Shown one piece after another: positions 1 through 17,495 of a stretch of 64,000 nt of DNA. This DNA is from the human T2T-CHM13v2.0 reference genome, Homo sapiens. The number at the start of each line of letters is the position of its first letter. Position 1 is the first letter of the stretch. A program made the position numbers and the translations under genes. The notes below the pieces were generated by a model that ran no database searches, was not told the origin of the DNA, and saw only the letters and a list, made by a program, of their open reading frames with translations. The stretch lies in NCBI RefSeq assembly GCF_009914755.1, contig NC_060946.1; one strand, written 5' to 3'.

Positions 1-282
1 CAAGCTGGAAAACATCTCATTTTAGCAAGACTTATTTCCTGAGAATCCACTGTTTAAGATGATCTTCTCTGTATCATTCCTTTAGTAGTTCAGAATTTGA
101 ATAACTAGATATATTTGAATTAGGTGGGTATAAACCCATCCTCTTTAGCTTCCTTATCTACTTATGTGCTGTGTTTTCAACTTCAGTGGCAGAGGATTTA
201 CCATCCATTCAGCCAACTGATGTTTGAAGCTTTTTTTTTTTTAACTGCTTCAGAACTCTGAAGGGTTTCTTTCATTTCGAAG

Positions 283-399
283 GTTCCTTTCCTTGAACTT
301 CATGGAGAGAGCACAGAGTTTGTGGGCCGTGCCGAGGATGCCATCATTGCCCTTTCCAATTACAGACTTCACATCAAGTTCAAGGAGTCTCTTGTTAAT
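283..399 (+). CDS. MTMR3: MTMR3 coding exon, PH-GRAM region (VPFLELHGESTEFVGRAEDAIIALSNYRLHIKFKESLVN); upstream exons lie outside the window
   Basis: AG acceptor 281-282, GTAAGT donor at 400; 117 nt, phase 0-0; translation matches the MTMR3 N-terminal region as I recall it. Confidence 0.95.
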
Positions 400-557
400 G
401 TAAGTGATTACCAGCTGTTCTCCCTCTAAGGTAAATGGAGAAAGTAAGTCAAAAAACTTAATGCTCTCAAAGAGAGGAGAGGCATACAGAATTGGGAGAG
501 AAAGCATTATGTGCTCTGCTTTTCTCACTTAATTTAGCACTCAAGGAACACTGGCTT

Positions 558-866
<309 letters not shown>

Positions 867-2129
867 CACACTAGATCAGCAAGCAGCTCTTATGCTTGAT
901 TTAAAATGATGTGTGTAGTTGTCAGCTGAGGTGTCCATTGTTTAGTTTAACAGTGAATGATTTGCATTAGGTAATGCTGTATCATTAAGCTTTATAAAGG
1001 TATAAAGGCTGAATGGGCTTTTATTCTGCAATCTTTAGTAGTTACCAACTGCCTCAGTTGAGATAATTCCCTTGGCCTTAATGTCAAAAGATGAGATGCA
1101 CTTTGAGCTCACTGCAGACTCTCATTACAGCATGAGGTTACTCTAATGACTCCTTGGTGGTATAAGTGTAGATGTTAAGTATAATGTTGATTTGCATAAT
1201 GGACTATGTATTACTGAAGAAAAGGAAGCCTCTTGATTCTCAAGAGTACATTTACCCTTTTCAGTTATGAATGTCCTCTCAGTGAACTGGTTCTTCCAGT
1301 GCTCTGCTATCATTAGCCTTAAATGAAACGAATAAAGGCTTGAAAATTCATGTACTTACAGCAAATGCCTTCTTCCTTCTTTACTTGCCAGTGTTGTGGC
1401 TTTCTACACTCCACTTCCAGCACAGAGAAGTGTATTATGACACGTTAAAACAGCTCAGGACTGTAATTCCATGCAGACTGTGTTTTGGCTTCATTTTGGG
1501 ATTCTTTGAAATCTTGTTCATTCGTTTTACTCAGCAATTAAAAAAAGACTCAGTGGCTGTCATTTTTTTTTTGGTAGTTGACATTTTTTACTTCTTATTA
1601 TCATTCTTCTTTGTAGTTAAGCATTTATGTCCAGGAGCAGTTTTGGCCTGAATCCCTTCTGGCTTCTAGATTTGGGCCATGATTATAGCAGTTACATCAG
1701 TTTTCTGTCTATCAGCTAAAGATACACACCAGATTCATTAAGGAAAGAGGCAATGCTGTTCTTTCATACTATGTAGCACTCTGTTCAGAAGGGTCCACTT
1801 GGATTTGAGTAGTCGTGATGGGGAGGGGAAAGGGGGGAAACACCTATAAAATCCCAGCAACTGAGAATTCCCCACCAGCTACTGTGGAAGTAATGATAGT
1901 AGTGTTTAGTAGAACTGCCCAATTTAACTTTGTGTTCTTTCAGTGTTTGAATTGCTGGAATTAAATTATAATTAAATTGCATGTGAGAATGATAGTTTCA
2001 TATCATTGCATTTTCTCATATCATCCTGTATTTATCAGTTTATTGGTTGATGGCCAAGTGTTTCAGAGACTATTTTAGAACTATTTGGGAATAAGGTCTG
2101 CTGGAAAGCAAGCAGGAAAGAAAGAAAGA

Positions 2130-2600
2130 AAGAAACTGATCATGTCATTCATCAGCTTAAAGCCCTTCAGTGTTTCTTCACTACTTCTATGATGAAGATC
2201 AGATTGTTTAGCATGACATGAAGCTGTCTGACAACGTGGCAGGGACCAAGGATCACAGCTTCCCTCCTTTCCCCATTATCACATTTTTACTTGTAAAAGC
2301 AGCCTCTTTGTACTATTCAGCCATACCTCACACCTCTGTGTTCTCTTTTCGGCCCAGGAACTTCTGTTCATCTGTCAAAATTCAGTTCAGGTGATAACTT
2401 CTCCTGTGAAGCCTTTCTTAGTCCCAGTTCCCTCTGTGACAGTTAACTACACTCTTTCTTTGCTTTGTCTTTATCTTGTACATTCTTTTATAACATTTAC
2501 CAAATAGGTTGTAATTTTTGGTTAATTGTTTTTGTGTCTTCAAGATCCAGCATGTCTCCTGGTGCCACAATATTCAGTAAATATTAAATGAATTGAAGTT
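2130..2600 (+). mobile_element. Degraded L2 fragment
   Basis: Resembles the L2 3' end (GATCATGTCA...AAATATTAAATGAAT). Confidence 0.5.
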
Positions 2601-2898
2601 AATGTGGGTTTGAAGTGGGCATTAGAACCTTTTCCCCCTTTGGTGTTTAAAGCTCATTTTAAAACAGTACACTTCTGTGTGAATAGGCTGTGGCTTAATT
2701 GTCTCTAAGGATAGCTGTGTGAGTAGGTTGTTGACTGGAATTGTTGATCCCCCATTGTGATTGAGAGATAATGCTTAAGGAAACTTGCCACTGTTCTTTC
2801 TTTTGATCAATTTTCTTAATCTGAAAGTGTTTTTTTTCTGTTAGCATCATAACCCTCTAAGGCATAGAGCCTACATGTTACTTAAAAAGCCCAGGGTA

Positions 2899-3192
<294 letters not shown>

Positions 3193-3274
3193 ACCCAAGG
3201 TAATGGCTTTGTACAGAAAAATGATGGTGTAAAAGTATTTTGGCATTGCAGTGACTTTAAAAATTTCAGATTGA

Positions 3275-3593
<319 letters not shown>

Positions 3594-4280
3594 GATTGAG
3601 AGAGACTAGAACTCCTCCATAAAAATAAATTAATTTCATCACAGCTAGTGCTAAGAGATTCCTGAAACCTGAAACCTGGAGGTACTTAGGAAACAAGGAT
3701 TCTTCCTGCATCGGGTCCTGGATGGAGATCAGACAGTTGGTAGTGGTGTTGCCCCTCCCTCTTTCCTTCCCTTAGCAAATAAGTATTTCAATAAAATATG
3801 TGTATTTCAATAAAATGTTAGATCAGGAGGCTCTCTTTAAATGTTATTTTATCTATATCAAACACATTTAAACCATCAAAGCCCAGACATACCAGCATAT
3901 GTTGTGGCATGCCCCAGTTCATCATTTTGTATGCTTAAATCAAAATACTTAGCACTTCAGAAAATGATTTACCATCAAGTTTTAAATAGCTACCTGATAT
4001 CATATATTCTCTTTTAATTTCACAGCACATTGAGTAAAATGTGTCTGTAGGTTTTGATACCGTAAACATCATTACTTTAATTCACACATTCACTGAATAT
4101 CAAGTTCCAGTTCCTGTGGTAAAGAATCTCTGTAGTAGAGTTTATGTGTAGCATTTAAGGTATACATTGCTCCTATTCTGTGCTTTTCCCAAATTATTAT
4201 ATATTTACAGACATAGTTCTTTGAAGCTTAGATAAATTATAAACAAGTGTTCAAGTGGAATTCATGAACGTTTAAAAGTT

Positions 4281-4284
<4 letters not shown>

Positions 4285-4335
<51 letters not shown>
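4285..4335. repeat. (TG)n microsatellite, about 22 units
   Basis: Read directly. Confidence 0.97.
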
Positions 4336-4659
4336 TTGTAATTTAATAGACTGCTTCTCAATCTGCTGCTTCTAAAATCCCTGTAAGTAGTATGAAAATC
4401 CTAGGCGGTTGCTGCACCTGTGCTTGGAGCAAATTGGTTTTGAGTGTTAGATGCTCACCTTGCAAATCAGCAGAATGTTTCCCCTCTGCATGAGTCCTTT
4501 TCCTCTTACTGGACCAAATTCCAGTTGTATGCTACTAGGAGAACAATTTGTAGGGTAAGGAAAAAGCCCTGCAGTTTATACATAAGCAGATGGAATTGTG
4601 ACCTTCAAAAAAATGTAGAACAAGTTTCTGTTAGAAATAATTTGTAAAATCAACACTAG

Positions 4660-5472
<813 letters not shown>

Positions 5473-6569
5473 TGATTAGTTTTTAAATGAAAAGATTTTT
5501 GTGCCCAGATATTCCACTTTATTACTGATTTTAGATTTAGACTCATTATTTTTACTCTTTTACTGCCATTTTAACTTCACGTGTACAAGATTAGTACTTC
5601 CCATTCAGGCTATAAAAAGGGTGTTTGTTTTTAAAAAGGTAGGAATTATCCCACTCTAGATTCTGGTGTTTAAAAATAATGCACATGTATGCACACACAC
5701 CCAGAATGAAATGAGGTAAATATAGTAGGGTATGATGGCATCAGTTCCCTCTGGAATGTGACAGTACTGTGGACATAACCTGTGCATGTCTGTATGTCTG
5801 TTAAATTTTTAAACTGCTGCTCTTCTGCTTTTTTTGGATTGATGCTCTTCAGGGTGTTAGTGTCTATAATGTAACTTGGCTTTTTGAGGAATTGGTTGTA
5901 GCACTGAATGTGTTTGATGCATTGTTTGAGCATGAGTTTGGTGAAATTTATATTAGGAAAAGCATTGTAAGGTGAGATTGCGTTACCTGGCAGGTGGAGA
6001 GATAGAGGAGAGAGGAGCAAAAAGAAAATGAGTTGCTACAAGACATTGAATCAGTACGTTTGAGAGGATTTGAAAGTGAGTTTATCTTGCTACTCTTTTA
6101 CAAAAGGAATTGCATCTGAGGAGTTTTGATTTAAACTCTGTTTTCCTCTTGAAGATCCCTGGTGGAGAAGCTACTTATTTGTGAAAGAAAAACTAAAGTA
6201 GAGCTCATATGGAAGAGAAGCCCACGTGTAGGGGCAGAAAGAAAGACACACCGTGTATGGTGGAAGGAGCCCAGGCTGGAGGACAGACATGGATCCTGGT
6301 CCTGACTTTACTACTATATTAGCTTATAGTGTAGTAGTTTAACCTTCCTGGGCTGTAAAGTGGACTGGCTCTTGAATCTGTAATTTGCTTTTGAGGTTGA
6401 ATATAGGGTATCTCTAGTTATAGAAATGTTAAGAGATTGTTTTCATATGTGAGGAAATTTGAACCTAAAGCAGTGTAGTGGGCCTTAAGAAAATAGAGAA
6501 ACAGTATGTTTTGGATGGAGGTATGAACAGGAAAAGAAGGTCAATTCTGCCTTTTAGAAAAGGCAATCT

Positions 6570-6876
6570 GGACTGGGTGCAGTGGCTCACACCTGTAATT
6601 CCAGCACTTTGGGAGGCCTAGGCGGGTGGATCACCTGAGGTCAGGGGTTCGATACCAACCTGGACAAATGGCAAAACCCCATCTCTACTAAAAATACAAA
6701 AATTAGCTGGGCGTGGTGGCTGGGATCACAGGTGCCTGCTACTCAGGAAGCTGAGGCAGGGAGAATAGCTTGAACCTGGGAGGTGGAGGTTGCAGTGAAC
6801 CAAGATCGCGCCATTGCACTCCAGCCTGGGCAACAGAACGAGACTCCATCTCAAAAGAAAGAAAGAAAGAAAGAAA
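6570..6876 (+). mobile_element. Alu (AluS-like)
   Basis: Dimer, GAAA tail, TSD AGAAAAGGCA(A/G)TCT. Confidence 0.92.
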
Positions 6877-7999
6877 AGGCAGTCTGTGCAGGAAGTGCTG
6901 AAGGGAAACACTGCAGTAGAAAGGAGAAGAAAAGGGAGATATTTGTTATAAAAATCAGGTGTTTCTCTTTTGTATGTCCCTATTCTTGCTGCGTATTAAG
7001 CTTTCCTGCATGTGACAGTCTGCATGAATATTAAAATCTGCTGTTCTCCGTATCTGTGACTTGTAATACACATGGTTGATTTTGGTGACTTGCTGGTGTC
7101 TGCAATCTGATTTCAATGCATAGAACCAACATTCTAATTCTTTTTTCTTCAATTTAAGATGTTAAAATATAGAAAAAAATATGTATATATTGCCTGAATT
7201 TTAGGTAGCAAATGTTTTGCATGGTCTGAGATAATTTTATGATATTAAATTTGGGCACGGGCCATTGGGCTCTGGTTTAGTAATAAGGATGTAAAACTTA
7301 CCTGTTCTTTGTAGCAAAGTAGCAAAGGCTAATCCATTTCCCCCAGCAGCTGCTAAGAGCATTAGCTGGTTTTCATGTCTTCTGTCCATAAAGAAAGTCA
7401 GTTGCAGGGGACTTGGGATGCAGGTGACTGCTGCAAGAGCAGCCTCTTCTTGTGGATTTGTAAAGCTCACTCTAATCCTATCCCAGACTCTTCCCAGGCC
7501 CCATGACTGAGATTTCCTTAGTTGTGACCAAGGTTCAGAAAGCAGAGGCTGATGGCACATGGGAAGGCTGGAGGCTTGCCCAATGAAGCCAGCAAAATTT
7601 TAATTGGTAACATTTTAGAAAATTGAGATTAGAACTCACGGCTCTTAATTGCCAGTCTGGCAGCCACATTTTGGGGGGATATAGTGAGTAAGGTAGTTAG
7701 CAGGAGTATATACAAAATAAAAAGCAGTAAGTGTCTGTTACAGGCTACCCAGAGAACTGGCCTGAGAACAAAGCAAAGTTATCTTCTAATCTGTCTTCTT
7801 AATCTCAATATTTCTTCTTTATAGTTTTATCTCTGATAAATTGTAGGTTTGTTTGTTTTTTTTTTTCCTTCTTAGATGCACAGGTCTCAGAAGAATTCTT
7901 AGTTGCATCAGTTGCAGTTTCTCACAGCACCTTGGGGTTAAGGACGTAAATAAAAACAGAAGGCCAAAAGCTCCTTTTGTTCTCAGAACACAGGCAAGA

Positions 8000-8393
<394 letters not shown>

Positions 8394-9832
8394 AAGATTT
8401 CTTAGTCTTTTTCTGACCCCCAGTCCTATTACATTTGTAAGGGAATTTTTATAGACTGTAGACTTAAAAGCAAGAAGACTTTAGTCCTAAGGTAGAAACT
8501 CCCAGTCATTTATCTGAGTAATATTATTTTGCTTTCTTCTCTTCTTTAACCCCTGCTCCAGTTTCTGTTTCTTTGTCCAGCACTGGGCTTCTTTTTGATC
8601 CCTGCATCCTCATTCTGAGAGTTCTGTGCTGACTGGCAGCTCTGTGGTGGGGCAGAGTTTGCAGGAAGCTTGTTCCTGAAACTGGCTCAGCTAACACGAG
8701 GGCCAGCCTGTGCAGACAGTACTCTTGTTCCTGTCTGCATTGGAGGAGACTGTCCTCCTCTTTGCATACTAAACACAAGTTGTTGGAATGCTATTTGCAA
8801 CTCCCAGAGCCACATTTTGGCTAGACTTGATACACTGTAAGAGGCAAATGGCCCACTCCTTTTTCAAGGAGTAAAAGTATTCACTATTATTTTACCAGGT
8901 TTGCCTTGAAAGCCTAGAAATTGCTTTTTGAAGCCAAGGGTTGAATTAGGATGATTTAAGGGATAGGAGGAGGATCCTCATATTATCCTGAAGATTTGGC
9001 ACCCTGTCTAGATGCTTTTGCTTCTATCTGTCTCCCTTCTCTCTATCTGCTGTTGTACATAATCCTGTGTCCAGTAGAGTCTGTAGACCAGATTGGCAAG
9101 GGGGAACCATTCCAGCTTGTTCAAACCTCAAGCCCCATTTGGCAAACGGGGCTTCTAACTGATTTTTTGAAGCAAATCTGACATAGTTATTATAGCTTTA
9201 GCATCCTTGATCACTGTATGGCCTTCTCCCTCCTTTTTGATACTTTTGGGTCTATTCTACTTAGTAGAGAGCCTGGCCAGCAGCTATTGCCCCATTGTCT
9301 TTTCTGTGCAATCCACAGTCAGCTTAGAACTCTAGTCTTTTTCAGGAGCCTCATTGGCTGACACTAAGCCATAAGCCCACTCTGTCATTTGGGGCAAACA
9401 ATAGTCTCCCACTGGCATTCTGATCTGTAGTTCTTTTCTATAAGCAAGAAAAGATTACTGTTCTGGCTCCCTTCAGCTTCTATGTCATTGCATCATTGCA
9501 AATCATAGTCAGTTATAGCATCTAAAAGTAGTACTCTGATCTTGTGAATTCGGTGCCTGAGAGATATATTCTCCCCTTCTTCCAAAGGTGGTGCCACCTC
9601 TTTGTTGCCTTCATGCTATGACATGACTTGAGACCACTGATTTAGAGATAAAGGGAAGTCCTAATTCACTTTGTAGTAAATCACTTGAGTACTGTTGATC
9701 CAGATAAGTTTGCAGTTCTATTTTTGTTGCTTTCCCTTATAGATCTTTTTAATTAGTCTTGTTGGACACATTGAAGAACTCCAGGGTCAATGCCTTTTTG
9801 ACTAAGAGGACTTCATTTTTTTAAAATTGCAG

Positions 9833-9915
9833 GTTCCATTACAGCTTATAGAAAGTGTTGAATGCCGAGATATATTTCAGCTTCATTTGACTTGCAAAGA
9901 CTGCAAAGTTATCAG
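9833..9915 (+). CDS. MTMR3: MTMR3 exon (VPLQLIESVECRDIFQLHLTCKDCKVI-R)
   Basis: TGCAG acceptor, GTATGT donor; 83 nt, phase 0-2, continues the frame. Confidence 0.95.
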
Positions 9916-10099
9916 GTATGTGGTATGGTATGTTTGTGTTGCTGTTTAGTGTGGAAAATATTTTTTAAAGAATGGGTCCATTATTTGGTAACTTAGTAAA
10001 ATACCTTTTGATGATTAGCCTCATTAGGAATATTTTCTGAGTAGTTTGTGCCTGAAATATTTTATCTGTAGGATGTATACTTTGCTATGTTGAAAGATG

Positions 10100-11300
<1,201 letters not shown>

Positions 11301-11301
11301 A

Positions 11302-11605
11302 GGCTGGGTGTGGTGGCTCACGCCTGTAATCCTAGCACTTTGGCAGGCCGAGGTGGGGGTGGATCACTTGAGGTCAGGAGTTTGAGACCAGCCTGGCCAA
11401 CATGGCAAATCCCCATCTCTACTAAAAATACGAAAATTAGCTGGGTGTGGTGGTGCACGCCTGTAGTCCCAGCTACTTGGGAGTCTGAGGCGGAAGAATT
11501 GCTTGAGCCTGGGAGGCAAGAGGTTGCAGTGAGCTGAGATCACGCCACTGTACTCCAGCCTGGGTGACAGAACAAGACTCCATCTGAGAAACCAAAAACC
11601 AACAA
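11302..11605 (+). mobile_element. Alu (AluS-like)
   Basis: Dimer. Confidence 0.9.
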
Positions 11606-11929
11606 CGATGCCTGAAATGCATTTTTAAATTTAATAGCTCTAGAGGTCTTAAATTCCACAAGTTTTTACTGCATTCCTCTGACCTCTTCTGGGGTGTCAG
11701 TAAATATTATGTGTTGGCATACTGATGAGCCACCATGATTGGGATGAGAGAGAGGTTTAAGTGACCCCTTGGTTTTAAGATAGATATTTATATTGCTTTT
11801 TAGTCAGTGAGATTTGGCTTATTTTTGATAGATACTGGCTACAACTCACAGTTTAAGAAGGTAGTTGCTTATTAATTAGTCAGTTTTTAACATTGCATTC
11901 AAAAAGGCCAAATATTTAAACAAATCTTT

Positions 11930-12237
11930 ATTTTTATTTATTTATTTTCTTGAGACAGAGCCTCACTCTGTTGCCCAGGCTGGAGTGCAGTGGTGTGATC
12001 TTGGCTCACTGCAACCCGTACCTCCCTGTTTCAAGTGATTCTCGTGCCTCAGCCTTCTGAGAAGCTGGGATTACAGGTGCACGCCACCACACCTGGCTAA
12101 TATTTTTGTATGTTTATCAGAGACGGGAGTTTTGCCATGTTGGCCAGGCTGGTCTTGAACTCCTGACCTCCAGTGATCTGCCCGTCTTGGCCTCCCAAAG
12201 TGCTGGGATTACAGGCATGAGCCACTGCACTCAGCCT
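11930..12237 (-). mobile_element. Alu (AluS-like)
   Basis: Reverse dimer. Confidence 0.9.
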
Positions 12238-12856
12238 AAACATATCTTTAATAAATTAGTTTTCACTAATTATTTTAACTTCTTAGTTGTATATACTGAA
12301 AATCGCAGTTGACAATAGAATTGTTTTGTTCTCTACATGGTCATAGCTGAAAGTTTCAGTGCAATCTGTCTTTTGGATCTGATTTGTCCTAATAGCTAAA
12401 TATTGAAATTACTACCTAACTGGCTAAAAATAATGCTGTTTTTTTTTAAACTTGATCTAATATGTTACTACAAAACAAAGATTTTTCTAAACATATTTTT
12501 TATGAGGGACAACCATAAAACTTCGATGGAAGAAGTAGAATGAAACTCCACTCATGAAAGAGAATAGCTGCCATTTTTCTGTAATAATTGTCATTAATCT
12601 TAGAAGAGATTTCATTAGTCTAAAAAAATAGGTTTTCCAATGGTCAGCTTCCTCCTTTTGGACATTTTGTTCCATTGGCTAACATTTGTTTTTCTTATAA
12701 GTGATAATGAGCATGCGAATGACTGACTGCCTCAGATGCTTTCTTGGTTGTAGTTCCCACTTCACTACGAGTGGGCATTCTTGAAATAATGGCTTTTCTT
12801 ACATTTCATTTCAACTGTCTTCTGATTACATCCATACTTGTTTGGCTTTACAAAAG

Positions 12857-13023
12857 GTGTCAGTTTTCAACCTTTGAGCAGTGTCAAGAGTGGCTGAAGA
12901 GACTGAACAACGCAATCCGACCACCTGCTAAAATAGAAGATCTCTTCTCATTTGCATACCATGCTTGGTGCATGGAGGTCTATGCCAGTGAAAAAGAGCA
13001 ACATGGAGACCTGTGCAGACCAG
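12857..13023 (+). CDS. MTMR3: MTMR3 exon (CQFSTFEQCQEWLKRL...HGDLCRP)
   Basis: AAAAG acceptor, GTACGC donor; 167 nt, phase 2-1; inside ORF 12744..13037. Confidence 0.95.
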
Positions 13024-13379
13024 GTACGCCTTTCTGAAATGTGCAAATGGCCAGGGGCTTTATCAAGCTACTGATGGAGGTACTTTTAACATGAAATGGG
13101 ACACCTAAGCATTCATATATCAATCAGTGTATATTTTAAGGAGCACCCAGCAAGTGCGCAGCATTCTTTTAAGCTTAATAGAACATCTTTTCTGCCTTCC
13201 GGGGAAGGGAAGAACACTAGAAGGCATCACAATCTATTGGGCCTAAAAACAGCTCAACTATAATAAGGTTTTATGAATAGTATGGAAGCCTGATAGAAAG
13301 GAGCCATGAGTTTTGTATACATGTGTGGGAAGACTTCACATTTAAAGTGGCTTTTGAATCAGCTTTGAAAGTTGAATAG

Positions 13380-13719
<340 letters not shown>

Positions 13720-16700
13720 TAGATTATAGGTTTTAACATGTGACCCCCTCCCCCCCAAAAAAACCAAAAAGAGATGCTGAGCCTGTTCTGGAACCCAGGC
13801 TTCCTGACTCCTCTATAGTCTTTGTCCCCCTCACTGTCATTCTCCGTCAGAAATGGCTTTGACCATGTTATTTCTCTGCATGTAGTTTCTTGTAAACTTT
13901 ATGTGGTCATAAAACTTTGCTGGTCCAACACTGACTTTTAGTGTGTCAGGTTTCAAAGTGAAGTCTTAAATTTCTGTGCAGTGAAAAGTTGTAAGCCTCC
14001 TTCAAGTAAAGTTTACTCTTGGGACTTTTTTCTAGAAACCTGAAATTTTAATCCTGAATCTTCAATCTTATAAGTCTGCCCTGGGTCATTTTAAACATTT
14101 GAGGCTAATCTTGCTATGCTTTTGTTACTTTGTTCTCTGGCCCCATGACTAATTGAAGCTTTTGGTTCACATTCTTGTTCTATTAAAATGCTTGTAGCAT
14201 TAGCATTATCTTATGTTTAACAATGCTTTGATAAATACTTTTGTTTGATCCTCATGACCTTGTCAAACAGGCAAGATAGGTTGGTGTCTGTTTTGGGAGC
14301 CAAAGAAATGGAGGCTCAGAGGTAAAAAGCCTGTTGTCAAGTCCCAGTGCTAGTCACTGACGACAGAACTAGGACTTAAAACCAGTTCTCAGTTATTCAG
14401 ACCTGACCATGGTGGATGCTGTGGATACAGAGTTTGAAAAACAAAAGCACCTGCCCTCTTGGAGCCTCAGGGAAAGCCTCAGAATCCCAGCTTCTCACAG
14501 GCGTGTCCAGGCTAGCAGAATCCTGTCACCTACGAGAGACCACACCAACCTTGGAAGTTTATGAGAATGTGCTTAAACTGTCTCTCACTTCACTCCGATT
14601 GTTACATCTATTTTTTTTCTTTATTGAAATGCCATCACATTTTAAATACATTTTTTCATTTTTTATGGCTCTTTTCAAATTTGGGGGTTTTTCTTAAAGA
14701 GAAAGTTTACAAACAGTGATGTGTACAAATCTTACATGTACAGTTTCTGAGTTTTTAACCATTGCATCTTCTTTATTAAATTTTTAGTTTCTACCATCTC
14801 CTAGGATAATGAACTTAATGAGTGCATCCTACTGCATTATGTTATATAAGAACTTTAATTTGTTTAAGACCCCTGACTCCAAGACCCCTGACTCCAAGAG
14901 GTATTCCCTAATTTTGGGTTGCCAGCATTTACTCAGCAAGATTTGCTTTCTCCTATCCTGTTCTCTCACAACCACAGACTGAAAAGTCCTTATCTTTTTA
15001 GGAGAGCTTTTTTAGTCCCTTGATAATTTGAGTTTCTTTTAGATTTCAGCAAACTCTTAGGATATTCCTGAGAGGTACCTCAGTCTAGTCTTTTAATTAT
15101 GGGTGGCTCTGCCCTGAGGTGGGATGACTTTGGTCCCCAGACCCTTCCCCTTCCTGATGATATCTGGTATTCTTTGGCCATCAGGACATAAAGATATCTA
15201 CAGTGTTCTCTGTCTTTTCGTAGGTTTGTGATGCAAGGGCATGTGAGGGGTAAAGTACTGACTTAGGAATTAGGAAACCTGAATTTAAATGCGTATTCTA
15301 CGATTTAGTTGAAAAAAAGAACACTGGGCAAAGAATTTATGCTCTCTGTGCTTTAGTTTCCTTTGTGCTTTAAAGTGGGACATTCATGCTCTTCCTGCCC
15401 AGGCTGATCCAGGTATCCTGAAGATCAAATCTGTTAATGCTGCAGAGTTCAATTCAGTAAATGTTTAAGTGCCCCCTATGTGCCATGCTTATGAAAACAC
15501 TTTGGAAATTATGCAACTACAAGGTAATGCAATCATAACTGTTTGGCTAGAGATTATGAGTAAGGGTTGCATTTTGTTTCTTCCCAGTATACACAGTCCA
15601 CATTGATGTTAACCTGCCACCACTCAGCATGGAATCTTGTATTTCAGTGACTTGGTTGAATGTATGTGTATGTATGGCTTTTGCCTTTTATGTATATTCG
15701 CTGTGGAGTACAAAGGAAAAACTTGGTTTTAATTAAAAACAAACCAAAAAAAAAAAAAAAAAAACACCTCGAGGACATCCAGTCAACCTGTTTCTTTTGT
15801 CATTACCTCATGTTGTTGAGCAGTGGCGGTGTATATAGCATTACTCATCAAATATTAGCATACCAGACAACCACATACTTATAAGTCATCTTTAGGATGA
15901 GACAACACTTGGGATATTTCAAAGTCATGCCTTTTTATAATCTGCCCCAGTACATGATATCACAAGTGTAGACTCTGAGGGGTGGAAGTTAGTTTAATCT
16001 TATAGCAGTTAATAAAGCCTTTTATGGAGTCTTCTCTACCTAGCCTGCTAGAAGTAGAATGTATCAGAGAGGAGAGAAATGAGAAAATTACATAATTGTC
16101 TTAGTATTCATATAAATCTTAGTTTCTGGCTGTTGAACCGGTCATAGTTAAGCCGGCTGTACTGTGGTCACAGCTCTAAGGCTTAATCAGCTTTGGAAGA
16201 AGTTTCAACATTGCTGTTGGAGTTTACCTGTGAAACCTGCAGAAGCCTTTGCCAAATTCTTGACCCTTCTCTTAGCCCCTCAAACTCTAAAAAAGTGGAC
16301 TGAAAGCTAAAAGCTTCTCTCCCATGTCCTTAACTTCCTGCTCCTCATTGCAATTGACTTGTTGGTGATGGCTCTGTACTAGAGTGTTAATCTGGAGGCC
16401 TGACAGATGACTGGGCAGCTTAGCTGCCAGTTTAGTAGCATCAGGCCTACCTCTCTAACCTCTCTCATGTGAAATGTCCCTTAAGCCCATCTTGTTTATC
16501 CACGACTAGCATATGACTCTGGGTCTTAACACTGCTGTGAAGCTGCCTATTTATCTGTCTTCCGGGTTTGAATGCAGTCCAGGAAGTTGCATCTAGAGGA
16601 TTTACTGTGACCTTTGTACATAGAAAAGCATAATTCCTTTCTCCGTATTTGAAAATCTGCTAAGAGGTAGTTCTTACCTTCTCTGACTCTGGTATTGGTC

Positions 16701-17372
16701 TGCTTCCTCACCTGCCAGGTAAAGGCCTGTCCCTTCTGTCCCAGGCCTTTTAAGCTGTGTGTAATTGTGGGCTTGACTACTCAGGATCAGCCAGGGAGCT
16801 AGACTTTTGGGGGAAAATTTTTTAGATTGCTGATTGACACTGTGTTTGTGATAGAGGGAGTTAGGGAACTTCATTGCTTTTAAAAAGAAAGTTTTCATTT
16901 CCACTAAAGTGAAAATTGCTGGACTGTATTATTTTTATTATAAGAAACACTAAATGCTGAAAAGGGACAAAGGCAGATAGGAAGGGTTGAAATGGAAATA
17001 TAAAGCCAAACAAAAACCTTATAGCCCCAGTATTTAAAGAAAGTTGGGATATCACAATGTATTTAATGTTGAATTGATTGAGACCTGAGAATTCTGAGAT
17101 GGAGATTTTTAAGGGGAATCCAGCAATAGATCTGTTTGTGTTTATTTTTCTGGCTAAGTAAACGTGAGTGAACATCTCACACAATTTGCAAAAGCTGGTT
17201 GAATTCCTGATGTATGTAATGATGTGGTTTTCAAATAGGTTATGATCCAGTAGTGGGTCATGAAATCTAATTTTAAAGAAATGGAATAGAAAATATCAAA
17301 TTGTGTCACACACATATTAAGAGTGGGTATTGTTTTGTGAAATGCTTTCAAAAAAATAATGTATGTTGTATT

Positions 17373-17495
17373 AGCTGGGCACAGTGTCTACCTATAGTCC
17401 TAGCTATTCAAGAGGCTGAGGTGGGAAGATTGTTTGAGTTTAGGAGTTCAAATCCAGCTTAGGCAACAGAGGGAAAACCCGGTCTCTCAAAAACT
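17373..17495 (+). mobile_element. Alu monomer (FLAM-like)
   Basis: Single arm with an A-rich end. Confidence 0.7.
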
